DNA of 64,000 nt from an uncultured Actinomycetes bacterium (GTDB lineage: Bacteria > Actinomycetota > Thermoleophilia > UBA2241): NCBI GenBank assembly GCA_963767005.1, contig CAVYCN010000012.1:109089-173088 (forward strand), read 5' to 3'. Within the stretch, counting starts at the first letter, position 1, and every line of letters begins with the position of its first letter. Below, in pieces: positions 31,874-43,626 of the stretch. The notes beneath the pieces were generated by a model. It was given only the letters and a program-made list of their open reading frames with translations, ran no database searches and was not told the origin of the DNA. A program made the translations under genes and the position numbers.

Positions 31874-32938
31874 GTGTCACACGTACCAGTGCTGCATGGG
31901 TTGCGGGTCTCGTGTCGCGAAGCGAGCGTACACCTGGGCTGGCAGTGGGCCGGCGGCAGCCCGCCGCAGGTGCGCGTGCTGCGCTCGACGGAGTGCTTCT
32001 GCGAATCGCCCGAAGCGCACACGACCGGCGACTGGGGTCAGCAGCTCTCGTATGAGGGTAACGGGGGCCAGCTGCTCGACGCCGCGGCCGACCCGGCATG
32101 CGACCTCTTCTACTCGGTCTTCGCCCGCGCGAGCGACCGCGCGCCCTGGCGGCGTCCGGTCCGGATCTGCGCGCGGCGGGTCGGGTACCAGCCGCCCGAT
32201 CTGGGCGCTCTCGCCACCGAGGGGACGCAGGCGGCCGCGCGGTACGCCCCCGGGCGCCTCATGGGCGATCGGTACGTCGAGATCTCCGGCGCCGAGGAGG
32301 CGCCGCCGGTCGTGGGCGGCTCGCGCGACTGGCTGATCCTCGTCATGCCGGTCGTCACGATCGCTCTGCTCACGGGCTTTCTGCGCGGCATGGACGTGCG
32401 CGTGCTCAGCGCCGCGGCGCTCGCCATCGCCGCCTGCTGGCGACTCCTCGACGGGCTCCAGCCCGACCTGCGGCGCTTCCTTGCCTACCTGAAGGTCGTC
32501 GCGGTGGTCGACGGCATGTTCTGGGCGGCGGCGCTGCTGGTCTGGTTCTTCTCGTCGTTCCTGCCGGCGAGCCAAGTCAAGGTCGACGGCTCCGTCCTGC
32601 TGTTCTGGCTCTATCCGCTCCTGCTGCTGGCCGGCATGGCCGGCGTGTGGCTCCTGATGAGCCGGGCGCTGGACGAGCGCGGCAGACCGACCCGGCCGCT
32701 GCCGTATCTCGTGCTGGCCGGCCTGCTCGGCCTCGCCGCTCTGCTGCCTCCGCTCCCGTGCGCGCTCATCGGCGCTTTCGGCGTCTCCGACTACGTTCGC
32801 TCGACGCGGGAGCTCGGCCGGCAGCGCGCCGCTCACCTCGCCGAGCTGCGCGCCTCACGTCGCCGCGAGGTACACGAGGTCTCCACGGCCTGGCGCCGGC
32901 TTGAAGACGACCCGAGGGGCGACACGGCCGAGCCCTGA
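31874..32938 (+). CDS. Hypothetical membrane protein (N-terminal beta-rich domain + about 5 TMs)
   Basis: Long ORF with protein-like composition and hydrophobic segments in the C-terminal half. Confidence 0.6.
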   Translation: MSHVPVLHGLRVSCREASVHLGWQWAGGSPPQVRVLRSTECFCESPEAHTTGDWGQQLSYEGNGGQLLDAAADPACDLFYSVFARASDRAPWRRPVRICARRVGYQPPDLGALATEGTQAAARYAPGRLMGDRYVEISGAEEAPPVVGGSRDWLILVMPVVTIALLTGFLRGMDVRVLSAAALAIAACWRLLDGLQPDLRRFLAYLKVVAVVDGMFWAAALLVWFFSSFLPASQVKVDGSVLLFWLYPLLLLAGMAGVWLLMSRALDERGRPTRPLPYLVLAGLLGLAALLPPLPCALIGAFGVSDYVRSTRELGRQRAAHLAELRASRRREVHEVSTAWRRLEDDPRGDTAEP

Positions 32939-33039
32939 CCCCAGTCGTCGATCACCGCCGGTACCGCCTGACCCCCGGCCCCCTGAACCCCGGTCCCCAC
33001 GCGTCCGGTGGTGACTGCGCTCTGTCAACTCATACTTGA

Positions 33040-34521
<1,482 letters not shown>

Positions 34522-34629
34522 CCGGACGCAGCGACCGGCGCCGTGGCCGAGCGCGGCCAGCGTAGCGCCCGAGCGGCGGCGGCTTATCGTGCGCTTGCCT
34601 CGTACCGGCCGCCACGCCATGCTGATGCC

Positions 34630-36651
34630 ATGACGTCGTGGTGGGACATCGTGCGCGGCGGCGAAGCGCCGCCGCGCTGGCCGTACCCTATTCGCTACGG
34701 CACGCGGACCGTGATCACGGCCGACGTGCTGGTGCTGGGGGGCGGCATCGCCGGCTGCCACGCCGCCCTCTCCGCCGCGGCGGCGGGCGCCACGGTGGTC
34801 ATGGTCGAAAAGGGCGACAGCCGCCGCAGCGGCCAGGGCGGCGCCGGCGTCGACCACTGGCAGGCGGCCTGCACCAACCCCTGCAGCACGGTCTCACCCG
34901 AGGAGTACACCCGGGCGATCGTCGCCGGCTTCGACGGCTACGACTGCGGCCCGGCGCGCTACGTGCAGTGCCGCGAGAGCTGGGACGCGGCCCTCGACTG
35001 CGAGCGCTGGGGCATGCAGCTGCGCGACGCGCGCGGCGAGTTCGAGGGCGCCGAGTTCCGCGACCCCGCCACGGGACTACTGTTCGCCTACGACTACGAC
35101 GCCCGCCACACGCTGCGGGTGTACGGCCACGACGTCAAGCTGCACCTGTGCCGGGCGGTCAAGCGGGCGGGCGTGCAGGTCGTCGATCGCGTGATGGCGA
35201 CCAGCCTGCTGACCGAGGGCGGCCGCCGCGGCGCGCGCGTCGTGGGCGCGACCGGGGTGAGCGTGCGCACCGGCGAGTTCTTCGTCTTTCACGCCGGGGC
35301 CACGATCCTGGCGCTCGCCCACCCGCGGCGCGAGTGGGTCTTCTCGACCGAGCTCTCCGGCGGCGCGGCCACCTTCGCCGACCTGAACATCGTCGGCGAT
35401 GGCCACGCCATGGCCTGGAACGCCGGCGCCGCCTTCGCCGGCATGGAGGGCTCCTATGGCACGGCCGGCGGCTTCGCCTACATCCAGTACGGGGTCGGCT
35501 ACCCCGACAACACCTGGTACGGCTGCTCGATGGTCGACGCCGACGGTCGCGAGGTGCCCTGGTTCGACGCCCGCGGCCACGAGCTCGGCGCGGCGCGCGA
35601 GCGCTTCCACCCGGCGCCGGGACAGCCCTTCGTGCTGATGGGCGGCGGCCTCGTGGGCGGGCCACTGCCGCCCGAGACCGACGGTAACCACCTCGACCCG
35701 TCGCTCGCCGAGCGCGTGCGGCGCGGCGAGGTACGCCTGCCGCTCTACGCCGACCTGCCGGGCCTGCCGGCGCACGAGCGCCGCGCCATCTTCGGCCTCA
35801 TGGTCGGCAACGAGGGCAAGAGCCGGGTGCCGGTCTACGAGACCTACACGCGGGCCGGCTTCGACCCCGACCGCGACATGCTGCAGGCGCCGATCATGCC
35901 GCCCGACGCCTACCAGAGCCCGCACTATCCCGCCGGCGCATCGGTGCCCCAGTTCCGCGAGACCTTCGGCGGCGGCACCGTCGTCGACTGGGACCTGCGC
36001 ACGAGCCTCGAGGGGCTCTACGCGGCCGGCCGCTGCATCTACGGCGGCGGCGACCACTCAGGCGCCGCAAGCACCGGCCGCTACGCCGGCCGGCGGGCGG
36101 CCGCCTACGCGTTGCGCACCGCCGCGGCGGCCGTCGACGAGCGCCAGGTGACGACCGAGCAGGCGCGCGCCTATGCGCCGCTCGACGAGCGGTCCGGGGC
36201 GCTCGGCTGGAAGGAGCTGAACGCCGGCATCTGCCGGATCATGCAGGACCACTGCGGCCGGCACCGCGGCGAGGAGACCCTGCGCCTGGGCCTGCGGCGT
36301 CTCGCCGAGCTGCGTGAGTCGGAGCTCGCCCGCGGCTACGCCGCCAACCCGCACGAGCTCGGCCGGCTGCTCGAATGCCACACCATCCTCACGGTGGCCG
36401 AGCTGATCGTGCACGCCTCGCTCGCCCGCCGCGCGAGCTGCGCGGCCCTCGACTTCGCGCGGCTCGACTATCCCGACGAGCCGCCCGAGTGGCACAAGCT
36501 CTCCACCGTGCGCCGCGACGGCGGGGCCGGGGACGACCCGGCCGACGGCGACGTGACCGCGGGCGAGCTGCCGCTCGACTACTTCTTGCGCGCGCCGTGC
36601 GCCTCGACCTACGAGGACAACTACCGCGCCCGCGAGGAGGCGGCGCGATGA
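34630..36651 (+). CDS. FAD flavoprotein of the AprA/SdhA family (AprA-like)
   Basis: DVLVLGGGIAG, EKG..RSG, TSLEGLYAAG and RxS...RLDYP motifs; paired with an AprB-like ferredoxin. Confidence 0.8.
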   Translation: MTSWWDIVRGGEAPPRWPYPIRYGTRTVITADVLVLGGGIAGCHAALSAAAAGATVVMVEKGDSRRSGQGGAGVDHWQAACTNPCSTVSPEEYTRAIVAGFDGYDCGPARYVQCRESWDAALDCERWGMQLRDARGEFEGAEFRDPATGLLFAYDYDARHTLRVYGHDVKLHLCRAVKRAGVQVVDRVMATSLLTEGGRRGARVVGATGVSVRTGEFFVFHAGATILALAHPRREWVFSTELSGGAATFADLNIVGDGHAMAWNAGAAFAGMEGSYGTAGGFAYIQYGVGYPDNTWYGCSMVDADGREVPWFDARGHELGAARERFHPAPGQPFVLMGGGLVGGPLPPETDGNHLDPSLAERVRRGEVRLPLYADLPGLPAHERRAIFGLMVGNEGKSRVPVYETYTRAGFDPDRDMLQAPIMPPDAYQSPHYPAGASVPQFRETFGGGTVVDWDLRTSLEGLYAAGRCIYGGGDHSGAASTGRYAGRRAAAYALRTAAAAVDERQVTTEQARAYAPLDERSGALGWKELNAGICRIMQDHCGRHRGEETLRLGLRRLAELRESELARGYAANPHELGRLLECHTILTVAELIVHASLARRASCAALDFARLDYPDEPPEWHKLSTVRRDGGAGDDPADGDVTAGELPLDYFLRAPCASTYEDNYRAREEAAR

Positions 36652-36992
36652 GCGACGCCGTCTTCATGACGCCCAACCCGCCGACGCCGAACATTCCGGT
36701 GCGCTTCGACGCGGCCGTCTGCAACGGCTGCAACCTGTGCGTCGAGATCTGCCGCACCGACGTGCTCATGCCCAGTCCGACCCGACAGGCCCCGCCTGTC
36801 GTGCTCTACCCCGACGAGTGCTGGTACTGCGGCTGCTGCGTCGAGGACTGCCCGCGACCGGGTGCGATCACCATGGTGCATCCGCTCAACCAGAGCGTCG
36901 TCGTGGCCTGGAAGCGCAAGGCGTCTGGCGAGCACTTCCGCCTCGGCATGAAGGAGCCGCCGCCGCCCAACCGGCGCCCGCCGGCCGGCTGA
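36648..36992 (+). CDS. 2[4Fe-4S] ferredoxin, AprB-like
   Basis: CNGCNLCVEIC and YPDECWYCGCCVEDCP; ATGA overlap with the flavoprotein gene. Confidence 0.88.
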   Translation: MSDAVFMTPNPPTPNIPVRFDAAVCNGCNLCVEICRTDVLMPSPTRQAPPVVLYPDECWYCGCCVEDCPRPGAITMVHPLNQSVVVAWKRKASGEHFRLGMKEPPPPNRRPPAG

Positions 36993-37232
36993 CCCCCCGC
37001 CGGCCTGCCGCGGGCGCGAGGTAGGCCCGCACCCGCGGGCCCGCGGCACGCCCACGCACGACCGATCCTCAGGTCTTCTCCTCACGTCTTCGTATGCCGC
37101 CGCCACGGGAAACAGCCGGTAGGGACAGATGCCGACGGGACGCACCGATGGCACGTGGCGGGCGATCCTCGCCGGCGGCCGCTGTCGCCGGCGACCACCG
37201 AGGCAGACGGAGCAACGAGAAGGAGAGGACCC

Positions 37233-38747
37233 ATGCACCCCGAGCCCAAGCCGCATGACGATCAGGAGGGCAGCGAGGCACGGCCCGCCGTGCGGCTGGC
37301 CGAGACGCCGGCGCCGGCGCCGCTCGCGCCGCCGCCCGAGTTCGTGCAGCTCAGCGTCGGCAAGCGGGTCCAGCTCGGCAGGGCCGCTCGTCGCGACGCG
37401 CCGCGCGCGAGTCACGGTACGTGGCGCCCGGCGCCCGACCGGCCCGACCCGATCGCGCTCCTCGAGGAGCAGGCGAAGGACCGCGTCCCCGAGCTCGTCC
37501 CCATCCGCTACGGACGCATGCTGGAGTCACCCTTTGCGTTCTTCCGGGGCGCCGCGCTGATCATGGCGGCCGACCTCGCGCCGACGCCGGACTCGGGCAT
37601 CACGGTGCAGCTCTGCGGCGACGCGCACGTCCTGAACTTCGGCGTGTTCGGCTCGCCCGAGCGCCAGCTCGTGTTCGACGTCAACGACTTCGACGAGACG
37701 CTGCCGGGCCCCTGGGAGTGGGACCTGAAGCGTCTGGTCGCGAGCCTCGAGGTGTCGGGTCGCGAGCTCGGGTTCGACCCGGCCGACAGGCGCGAGGTCG
37801 TGATGGCGGCGGTGCTCGAGTATCGCGACGTCATGCGTCAGGCGGCGGGCCTGCCCACGCTCGACGTCTGGTACTCCCACATGAACGTCGACGACGTCCT
37901 CGCCTGGGTGCGCACCGAGGTGCGCGAGCGGCGCCTCGGCAAGCGGGAGGCCAAAGAGACGACCCAGGACATGGCGAGGGCCAGGACCCGCGACAGCATG
38001 CGGATCTTCTCGAAGCGGACCGGCGTGGTGGGCGACGAGCTGCAGATCGTGGCCGAGCCGCCGCTCGTCGTGCCCATCGAGGACCTGGTCGTGCCCGGCA
38101 CGGGCTGGGATGACGTGCGCGGCGTCTTCGAGGAGCTCATCCGCTCCTACCGCCAGACCCTCGTGGGTCATCGCCACCCGATCGAGGAGTTCCGCTACCT
38201 GCACAGTGCACGCAAGGTCGTCGGCGTGGGCAGCGTCGGGACGCGCTGCTGGATCCACCTCTTCGTGGGCCGCGACGACGAGGACCCGCTGTTCCTGCAG
38301 TCCAAGGAGGCTCAGGCGTCGGTCCTCGAACGCTTCCTCAAGCGCAGCCCGTACCGCAACCACGCCCAGCGCGTCGTGGTAGGCCAGCGGCTCATGCAGG
38401 CGGCGAGCGACATCTTCCTGGGCTTCCTGCGCATCACGAGCCTCGACGGCGTGACCCGCGACTTCTACGTGCGCCAGCTCCACGACTGGAAGGGCGGCGT
38501 CGACGCCGACACGCTGCGCGTGCCCGGCGCGACCCTGTACGGACGGATGTGCGCGGCGACCCTGGCCCGAGCGCACGCGCGCCTCGGCGACCGGATCGCG
38601 ATGGCCTCGTACATGGGCAAGGGCGCCGCCCTCGACCGAGCACTCGCCGACTTCGCGGTCGCCTACGCCGACCAGAACGAGCGCGACTACGAGACCTTCG
38701 TCGCGGCGGTCGACCGCGGCCGGCTCGCGGCCGAGAGAGGTCTCTAG
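37233..38747 (+). CDS. DUF2252 family protein
   Basis: RYGRMLESPFAFFRG, CGDAHVLNFG, FDVNDFDE, KVVGVGSVG and FYVRQL motifs. Confidence 0.9.
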   Translation: MHPEPKPHDDQEGSEARPAVRLAETPAPAPLAPPPEFVQLSVGKRVQLGRAARRDAPRASHGTWRPAPDRPDPIALLEEQAKDRVPELVPIRYGRMLESPFAFFRGAALIMAADLAPTPDSGITVQLCGDAHVLNFGVFGSPERQLVFDVNDFDETLPGPWEWDLKRLVASLEVSGRELGFDPADRREVVMAAVLEYRDVMRQAAGLPTLDVWYSHMNVDDVLAWVRTEVRERRLGKREAKETTQDMARARTRDSMRIFSKRTGVVGDELQIVAEPPLVVPIEDLVVPGTGWDDVRGVFEELIRSYRQTLVGHRHPIEEFRYLHSARKVVGVGSVGTRCWIHLFVGRDDEDPLFLQSKEAQASVLERFLKRSPYRNHAQRVVVGQRLMQAASDIFLGFLRITSLDGVTRDFYVRQLHDWKGGVDADTLRVPGATLYGRMCAATLARAHARLGDRIAMASYMGKGAALDRALADFAVAYADQNERDYETFVAAVDRGRLAAERGL

Positions 38748-38796
38748 GCGAAGCGCCGCCCGACCGGAGCGACGCGGCCGCCCGCGCGGGCGCGAG

Positions 38797-39480
38797 TCAG
38801 CGCTTCGCCGCTGCGGCGGGCAGGCCCGACTCGAGCAGCTCGGGCAGCGAGCGCTGCAGCATGAACTCGAGCACGGCGTAGGCGCGCTCCCGGTCGACCG
38901 TGCCGTCGATCAGCTCCTGGATGGCGAGGCCGTCGACCACCGCGGTGGCCAGCTCGGCGACGGCGAGCAGGACGTCTTCCTCGGCGGGCGAGGGCGTCTG
39001 TTCGGGCGGCAGCCAGTTGCGCTTGAGGCGCCGGTACCACTCGTAGACGCGCGCCATGCGGGCGCGCAGGCCGTCGATGCGCAGGGCATATGGGAGGATG
39101 TCGAAGAAGACGCGGAACGAGCGCGACGAGCCGATGGTGCGCAGGCCGTCGACGAACCGGGCCAGGCGCTCCTCGCGCGGCACCGCCGCCATGATCGTCG
39201 CGGCCTCCTCCTGGTCGTCGCGGAAGACCGAGTCGATCATCGCCTCGACGAGCCCGTCCTTGCTGCCGAAGTAGTACTGCACCATCGCCGAGTTGGCGCC
39301 CGACTCCTGGGCGACGGCGCGCAGCGTCAGGCCGGTGAAGCCCTTCTCGACCAGCACCCGCTGGGCGGCGGCGAGGATCTCGAGGGCGGCCGGCGACAGG
39401 CTGGCGCGAGGGTCCGCGACGAGGGGAGCGGTCGCGTCGGGCGTGAGGGACGTCTGGCCGGTGTCGGCGGCGGCGCTCAA
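38797..39480 (-). CDS. TetR-family regulator
   Basis: GFTGLTLRAVAQESG...YYFGSKDGL HTH. Confidence 0.9.
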   Translation of the reverse strand: MSAAADTGQTSLTPDATAPLVADPRASLSPAALEILAAAQRVLVEKGFTGLTLRAVAQESGANSAMVQYYFGSKDGLVEAMIDSVFRDDQEEAATIMAAVPREERLARFVDGLRTIGSSRSFRVFFDILPYALRIDGLRARMARVYEWYRRLKRNWLPPEQTPSPAEEDVLLAVAELATAVVDGLAIQELIDGTVDRERAYAVLEFMLQRSLPELLESGLPAAAAKR

Positions 39481-39506
39481 CGGTGTGGGCAGAAGCTGTG
39501 GTTGCT

Positions 39507-39524
39507 ATCAATCACTTGATTGAT
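39507..39524. promoter_or_regulatory. Palindromic operator, probably for the TetR
   Basis: ATCAATCA-CT-TGATTGAT between divergent tetR and mmsA, abutting -10 TAGACT; a further CAATCAATCA at 39541. Confidence 0.75.
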
Positions 39525-39579
39525 TAGACTCCATTCCGCTCAATCAATCAAGCAGCCGTGACGGCGCGGAGGATTCGAG

Positions 39580-41118
39580 ATGGCACAAGTCAGCGAAGCG
39601 GTGAAGACCCTCGGCTACATGGTCGACGGCGAGTGGCGCGACTCGAAGTCGGACACCTGGGTCGACATCACCGACTCCAACACCGGCAAGGTCATCGCGC
39701 GCACCCCGATGTGCACCGAGGCCGAGGTCACCGAGGCGATCGAGTCGGCCAACGCGGCCTACCCCGCCTGGGCGTCGATGCCCATCCAGAAGCGTACCGA
39801 AGTGCTCTTCACGTGGCGTCCGAAGCTCATCGAGCGCATGGACGAGATCGCCACCCTCGTCTCGACCGAGCTCGGCAAGAGCTTGGACGAGGCCCGCGGC
39901 GAGGTCATCAAGATCATCGAGGCCATCGACATCGCCGTCGGCGCCCCGATGGTGCTGAAGGGCGAGTCGCTGATGAACGTGTCCACAGGGCACGACACGG
40001 TCACCTACCGCGAACCGCTCGGCGTCTTCGCCGGCATCGCGCCGTTCAACTTCCCGGCCATGATCCCGTTCGGCTGGATGCTGCCCATCTGCATCGCCTG
40101 CGGCAACACGTTCGTGCTCAAGTCGGCCAACTTCGTGCCGCTCACGAGCCACCTGCTGCTCGACATGCTGTATGAGTGCGGCCTGCCGAAGGGCGTCGTC
40201 AACATGGTGACGGCCGAGAAGGAGCACGCCGAAGTGCTGCTCAAGCATCCGGCCGTGCGCGGCGTCAGCTTCGTCGGCACCACGCCGGTCGGCAAGCACG
40301 TCTACTCCATCGCCGCCGCCCAGGGCAAGCGCGTCCAGGCGCAGACGCAGGCCAAGAACCACGGCCTCGTGCTGCGTGACGCTTCGCTCGAGCGTGCGGC
40401 CCGCGGCATCATCAACTCGACCTTCGGTTGCGCCGGCATGCGCTGCATGGCGTTGCCGGTCTGTGTGGTCGAGAACGTGATCGCCGACGAGTTCGTGGCG
40501 CTCATGAAGAAGTTCGCCATGGAGCGTGTCATCGGCAACGCCACCGATCCCAAGACGGAGCTCGGCCCGGTCGTCTCCGCCGCCCACAAGAAGTTCGTCC
40601 TGGGCTGGATCGAGAAGGCCATCGCAGAGGGCGCCGAGCTCGTGCTCGACGGCCGCGACGTCTGCGACCGCCTGCCCGAGGAGCTCAAGGGCGGCCACTA
40701 CATCGGCCCGACGATCTTCGATCACGTGACCGAGGACATGGTCTGCGGCCGCGAAGAGGCGTTCGGTCCCGTGCTGTTCATCAAGCGCGTCGAGGACTTC
40801 GAAGAGGGCATCACCCTGATGAACAACAACCCGTACGCCAACGGGTCGTGCATCTTCACCGAGAGCGGCTACTACTCACGCGAGTTCGCGCGGCGCACGC
40901 ATGCGGGGATGGTGGGCATCAACGTCGGCATCCCGGTGCCGGTGAGCTTCTTCCCGTTCGCGGGCCACAAGGAAAGCTTCTTCGGCGACAATCACGTCTT
41001 CGGCAAGGACGGCTTTCAGTTTTTCACCGAGACCAAGTGCGTCACCACGCGCTGGTTCACCGAAGCCGACAAGAAGCAGAAGTTCGTCAGCACCTGGGAG
41101 GGCACGGTCAACCGGTAA
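39580..41118 (+). CDS. mmsA: CoA-acylating (methyl)malonate-semialdehyde dehydrogenase
   Basis: PFNFPAMIP, AKNH, FGCAGMRCMA and GINVGIPVP motifs. Confidence 0.9.
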   Translation: MAQVSEAVKTLGYMVDGEWRDSKSDTWVDITDSNTGKVIARTPMCTEAEVTEAIESANAAYPAWASMPIQKRTEVLFTWRPKLIERMDEIATLVSTELGKSLDEARGEVIKIIEAIDIAVGAPMVLKGESLMNVSTGHDTVTYREPLGVFAGIAPFNFPAMIPFGWMLPICIACGNTFVLKSANFVPLTSHLLLDMLYECGLPKGVVNMVTAEKEHAEVLLKHPAVRGVSFVGTTPVGKHVYSIAAAQGKRVQAQTQAKNHGLVLRDASLERAARGIINSTFGCAGMRCMALPVCVVENVIADEFVALMKKFAMERVIGNATDPKTELGPVVSAAHKKFVLGWIEKAIAEGAELVLDGRDVCDRLPEELKGGHYIGPTIFDHVTEDMVCGREEAFGPVLFIKRVEDFEEGITLMNNNPYANGSCIFTESGYYSREFARRTHAGMVGINVGIPVPVSFFPFAGHKESFFGDNHVFGKDGFQFFTETKCVTTRWFTEADKKQKFVSTWEGTVNR

Positions 41119-41149
41119 GCCGGAACGACCAGACCGCACCGCCTGCGCC

Positions 41150-41189
41150 AAGGGGGCGGGCCCGCAAGGGCCCGCCCCCTTCGCCTTTT
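41150..41189 (+). terminator. Intrinsic terminator
   Basis: AAGGGGGCGGGCCC-GCAA-GGGCCCGCCCCCTT followed by a T-rich tail. Confidence 0.85.
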
Positions 41190-41206
41190 GGTGCGACCCC
41201 TGGAGC

Positions 41207-42532
41207 CTAGTCTCGCCCCTCGCCGGCGCTCGCTGCGGAGTCCGTCGCCGTGTTTCGCCCCTCGCCGGCGCTCGACCGCGCCAGCTCGGCGAGCAGCGCC
41301 GCCTCGTCGGGCACGAAACGGGCGGCGGTGTCGCGCAGCGACACCGCCGCCCCCGTGTGGTCCTGCTCGAGCACGCCGGCCAGCACCCACACCCGCGCGC
41401 CGCGCGCCAGCGCGGCGCGCACCGCGTCGAGGTTGCGCGCGTTGCCGTGGCCGAACGGCACCTCGGACAGCACGACGAGGTCGGCGTCGGCCATGAGACG
41501 CAGGTTCTCGGCGTGGGCCTCGTCGCCGATCGGCGCGAAAGGTGCTTCGACCGCCAGCGGCAGGCCGAGCTCACGCCCGGTCACCTCGTCGGAGTCGAGC
41601 GCATTCAGCACGCCGGCGCTCACGCTGTAGCCGCGATCGGACAGCTCGCGCATGAGGCTCGAACCGGTGCCGCCGCCACAGACCAGGTGGACGCGGCCGT
41701 ACCTGCCGCCGGCCGCCGCGCGGCGCGGCGAGAAGGTGAGGAACGTACGACCGGCCTGGCGGTGGACGAAGGCGTGCACGCCGTAAACCGCCTCGAGCAC
41801 CTCGGGCGACAGCGCCTCTTCGGTCGGCCCCCACGCCGCCACGCTGCCGCGCGAGAGCACGAGCAACCGGTCGAAGTAGGCGAGCGCCAGATTCAAGTCG
41901 TGCAGCACGCAGATCACCGTGAGGCCCTCGGCGTTCAGCTCCTTGAGCAGCTCGAAGAGAGCAAGCTGGTGGGACACGTCGAGGCTCGACGCCGGCTCGT
42001 CCAGGAGCAGCAGGCCGGCGTCCTGCACGAGGGCCTGGGCGAGCACCACCATCTGCTTCTCGCCACCGGAGAGCTGCGGGAAGCGCCGCTCGGCGAGGTC
42101 GGCGATGCCCAGCCGATCGAGCGCCGCCGCGGCCGCGCTGGCCGGCGTGCAGTCGGCGCCGCGGCAGTAGGCGCCCATCTCGACGACCTCGCGCACGGTG
42201 AGGTCGAACTCGAGGGCGAACTGCTGGGGCACGAGGGCAATCTCGCGGGCCATGTCGCGCCGCCGGTAATCGCGTGTCGCGCGGCCGCGCACGAGCACGG
42301 CGCCCTCGACCGGGGCGAGCACGCCGTCGATCAGGTCCAGCAGAGTGCTCTTGCCGCTGCCGTTGGGGCCGACCACACCGACGAAGTCCCCGCCGCGCAG
42401 CGCGAACGAGACCCGTTTGAGCACGGGCCGCTCGGCGTCGTAGGCAAACGACGCCGCCCGCACCTCGACCAGGGCCGGCGCCGCGCCGGCCGGCGCGGCG
42501 CCGGCACGCACCCGCTCGTCGAGGCCGCTCAC
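41207..42532 (-). CDS. btuD: Cobalamin/Fe-siderophore ABC ATPase with C-terminal extra domain
   Basis: GPNGSGKST, LSGGEKQ and LHDLNLA motifs; C-terminal VHLVCGGG domain. Confidence 0.8.
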   Translation of the reverse strand: MSGLDERVRAGAAPAGAAPALVEVRAASFAYDAERPVLKRVSFALRGGDFVGVVGPNGSGKSTLLDLIDGVLAPVEGAVLVRGRATRDYRRRDMAREIALVPQQFALEFDLTVREVVEMGAYCRGADCTPASAAAAALDRLGIADLAERRFPQLSGGEKQMVVLAQALVQDAGLLLLDEPASSLDVSHQLALFELLKELNAEGLTVICVLHDLNLALAYFDRLLVLSRGSVAAWGPTEEALSPEVLEAVYGVHAFVHRQAGRTFLTFSPRRAAAGGRYGRVHLVCGGGTGSSLMRELSDRGYSVSAGVLNALDSDEVTGRELGLPLAVEAPFAPIGDEAHAENLRLMADADLVVLSEVPFGHGNARNLDAVRAALARGARVWVLAGVLEQDHTGAAVSLRDTAARFVPDEAALLAELARSSAGEGRNTATDSAASAGEGRD

Positions 42533-43569
42533 GCCCGCCGCCCCCGCCCGCGGCGCAGCAGGTACACGAACACCGGCGCCCCGATGAAGGTCGTCACGAC
42601 GCCCACCGGGATCTCGGTCGGCGCCACCAGCGTGCGCGCGAGCAGGTCGGCCACCGACAGCAGGGCGGCCCCCATGAGCAGCGAGATCGGCAGCAGGCGA
42701 CGGTGGCTCGGCCCGACCAGCAGGCGCACGACGTGGGGCACGATGAGGCCCACGAAGGCGATGATGCCCGACACCGAGACGGCGATCGCCGTAAGGATGG
42801 CGGCCGTGACGACCAGCACCGCCTTGGTGCGCTCGACGTCGACGCCGAGCTCGAGGGCGCGCTTCTCGCCCTGCAGCAGGATGTTCATCTCCTTCGTGAA
42901 GAAGAGCGGCACGGCCATGAACGGCACCGCGATGAGCGCCGTCTCGACGTCGGTCCAGGTGCGTCCCGAGAAGCTGCCGAGCAGCCAGTACAGGATGGCG
43001 CCGAGGTCGTCGTTAGCGTGGATCATGACGACCGTAATGACGGCGGAGAGCAGGTACGAGGCCGTGATGCCGGCGAGCAGCAGCACGTAGACGTCGATGC
43101 GGCCCCGCCGCCGGGCGGCCGTCCAGACCAGCAGCAGGGTGAGCAGGCCGCCGATCATCGCCATGCCGGTCAGCCACAGCCCGCTCGCCAGGCCGAGGAC
43201 GATGGCGACGGTGGCCCCCAGGGCGGCGCCCGACGAGACCCCGGTCACATAGGGGTCGGTGAGCGGGTTCAGGAACAGGTCCTGCAGGATCACGCCGGCG
43301 ACGGCGAGCGCCGCGCCGACCACGAAGGCGAGCACGACGCGCGGCATGCGGATCTGCCAGAGGATGATGCTGTCCGGGCTGCGCGACGCGGGACCGGCCA
43401 GCAGGTGATGCCAGAGCTGCCCGATCGACAGCGACGCCGGGCCGAGCGACAGCGACACGACCACGCACGCCAGTGAGACGCCGACCGCCAGGGCGACGCC
43501 GGGCCATCCCTGCAGGGCGGCCCGGCGTCGCGGCGCCGGCGTCTCCGCGCGGCTCTCGCTTGCCGGCAC
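42529..43569 (-). CDS. btuC: FecCD/BtuC-family permease
   Basis: RMPR, NPLTDP, GVSSGAALG, FVGLIVPH and EIPVG motifs. Confidence 0.8.
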   Translation of the reverse strand: MPASESRAETPAPRRRAALQGWPGVALAVGVSLACVVVSLSLGPASLSIGQLWHHLLAGPASRSPDSIILWQIRMPRVVLAFVVGAALAVAGVILQDLFLNPLTDPYVTGVSSGAALGATVAIVLGLASGLWLTGMAMIGGLLTLLLVWTAARRRGRIDVYVLLLAGITASYLLSAVITVVMIHANDDLGAILYWLLGSFSGRTWTDVETALIAVPFMAVPLFFTKEMNILLQGEKRALELGVDVERTKAVLVVTAAILTAIAVSVSGIIAFVGLIVPHVVRLLVGPSHRRLLPISLLMGAALLSVADLLARTLVAPTEIPVGVVTTFIGAPVFVYLLRRGRGRRA

Positions 43570-43626
43570 GTCAGCCGTGGCGCCGACTCTCCGCGTCGCG
43601 GTCGAGCCGGCTCAGGACGAGGTCGC

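Noticed and set aside
41213-41274. 20-bp direct repeat at the end of btuD (and a 12-bp x3 GC repeat near 47266-47302)
   Set aside because: Short GC-rich slippage repeats in a disordered tail or intergenic DNA, with no sign of a mobile-element boundary.
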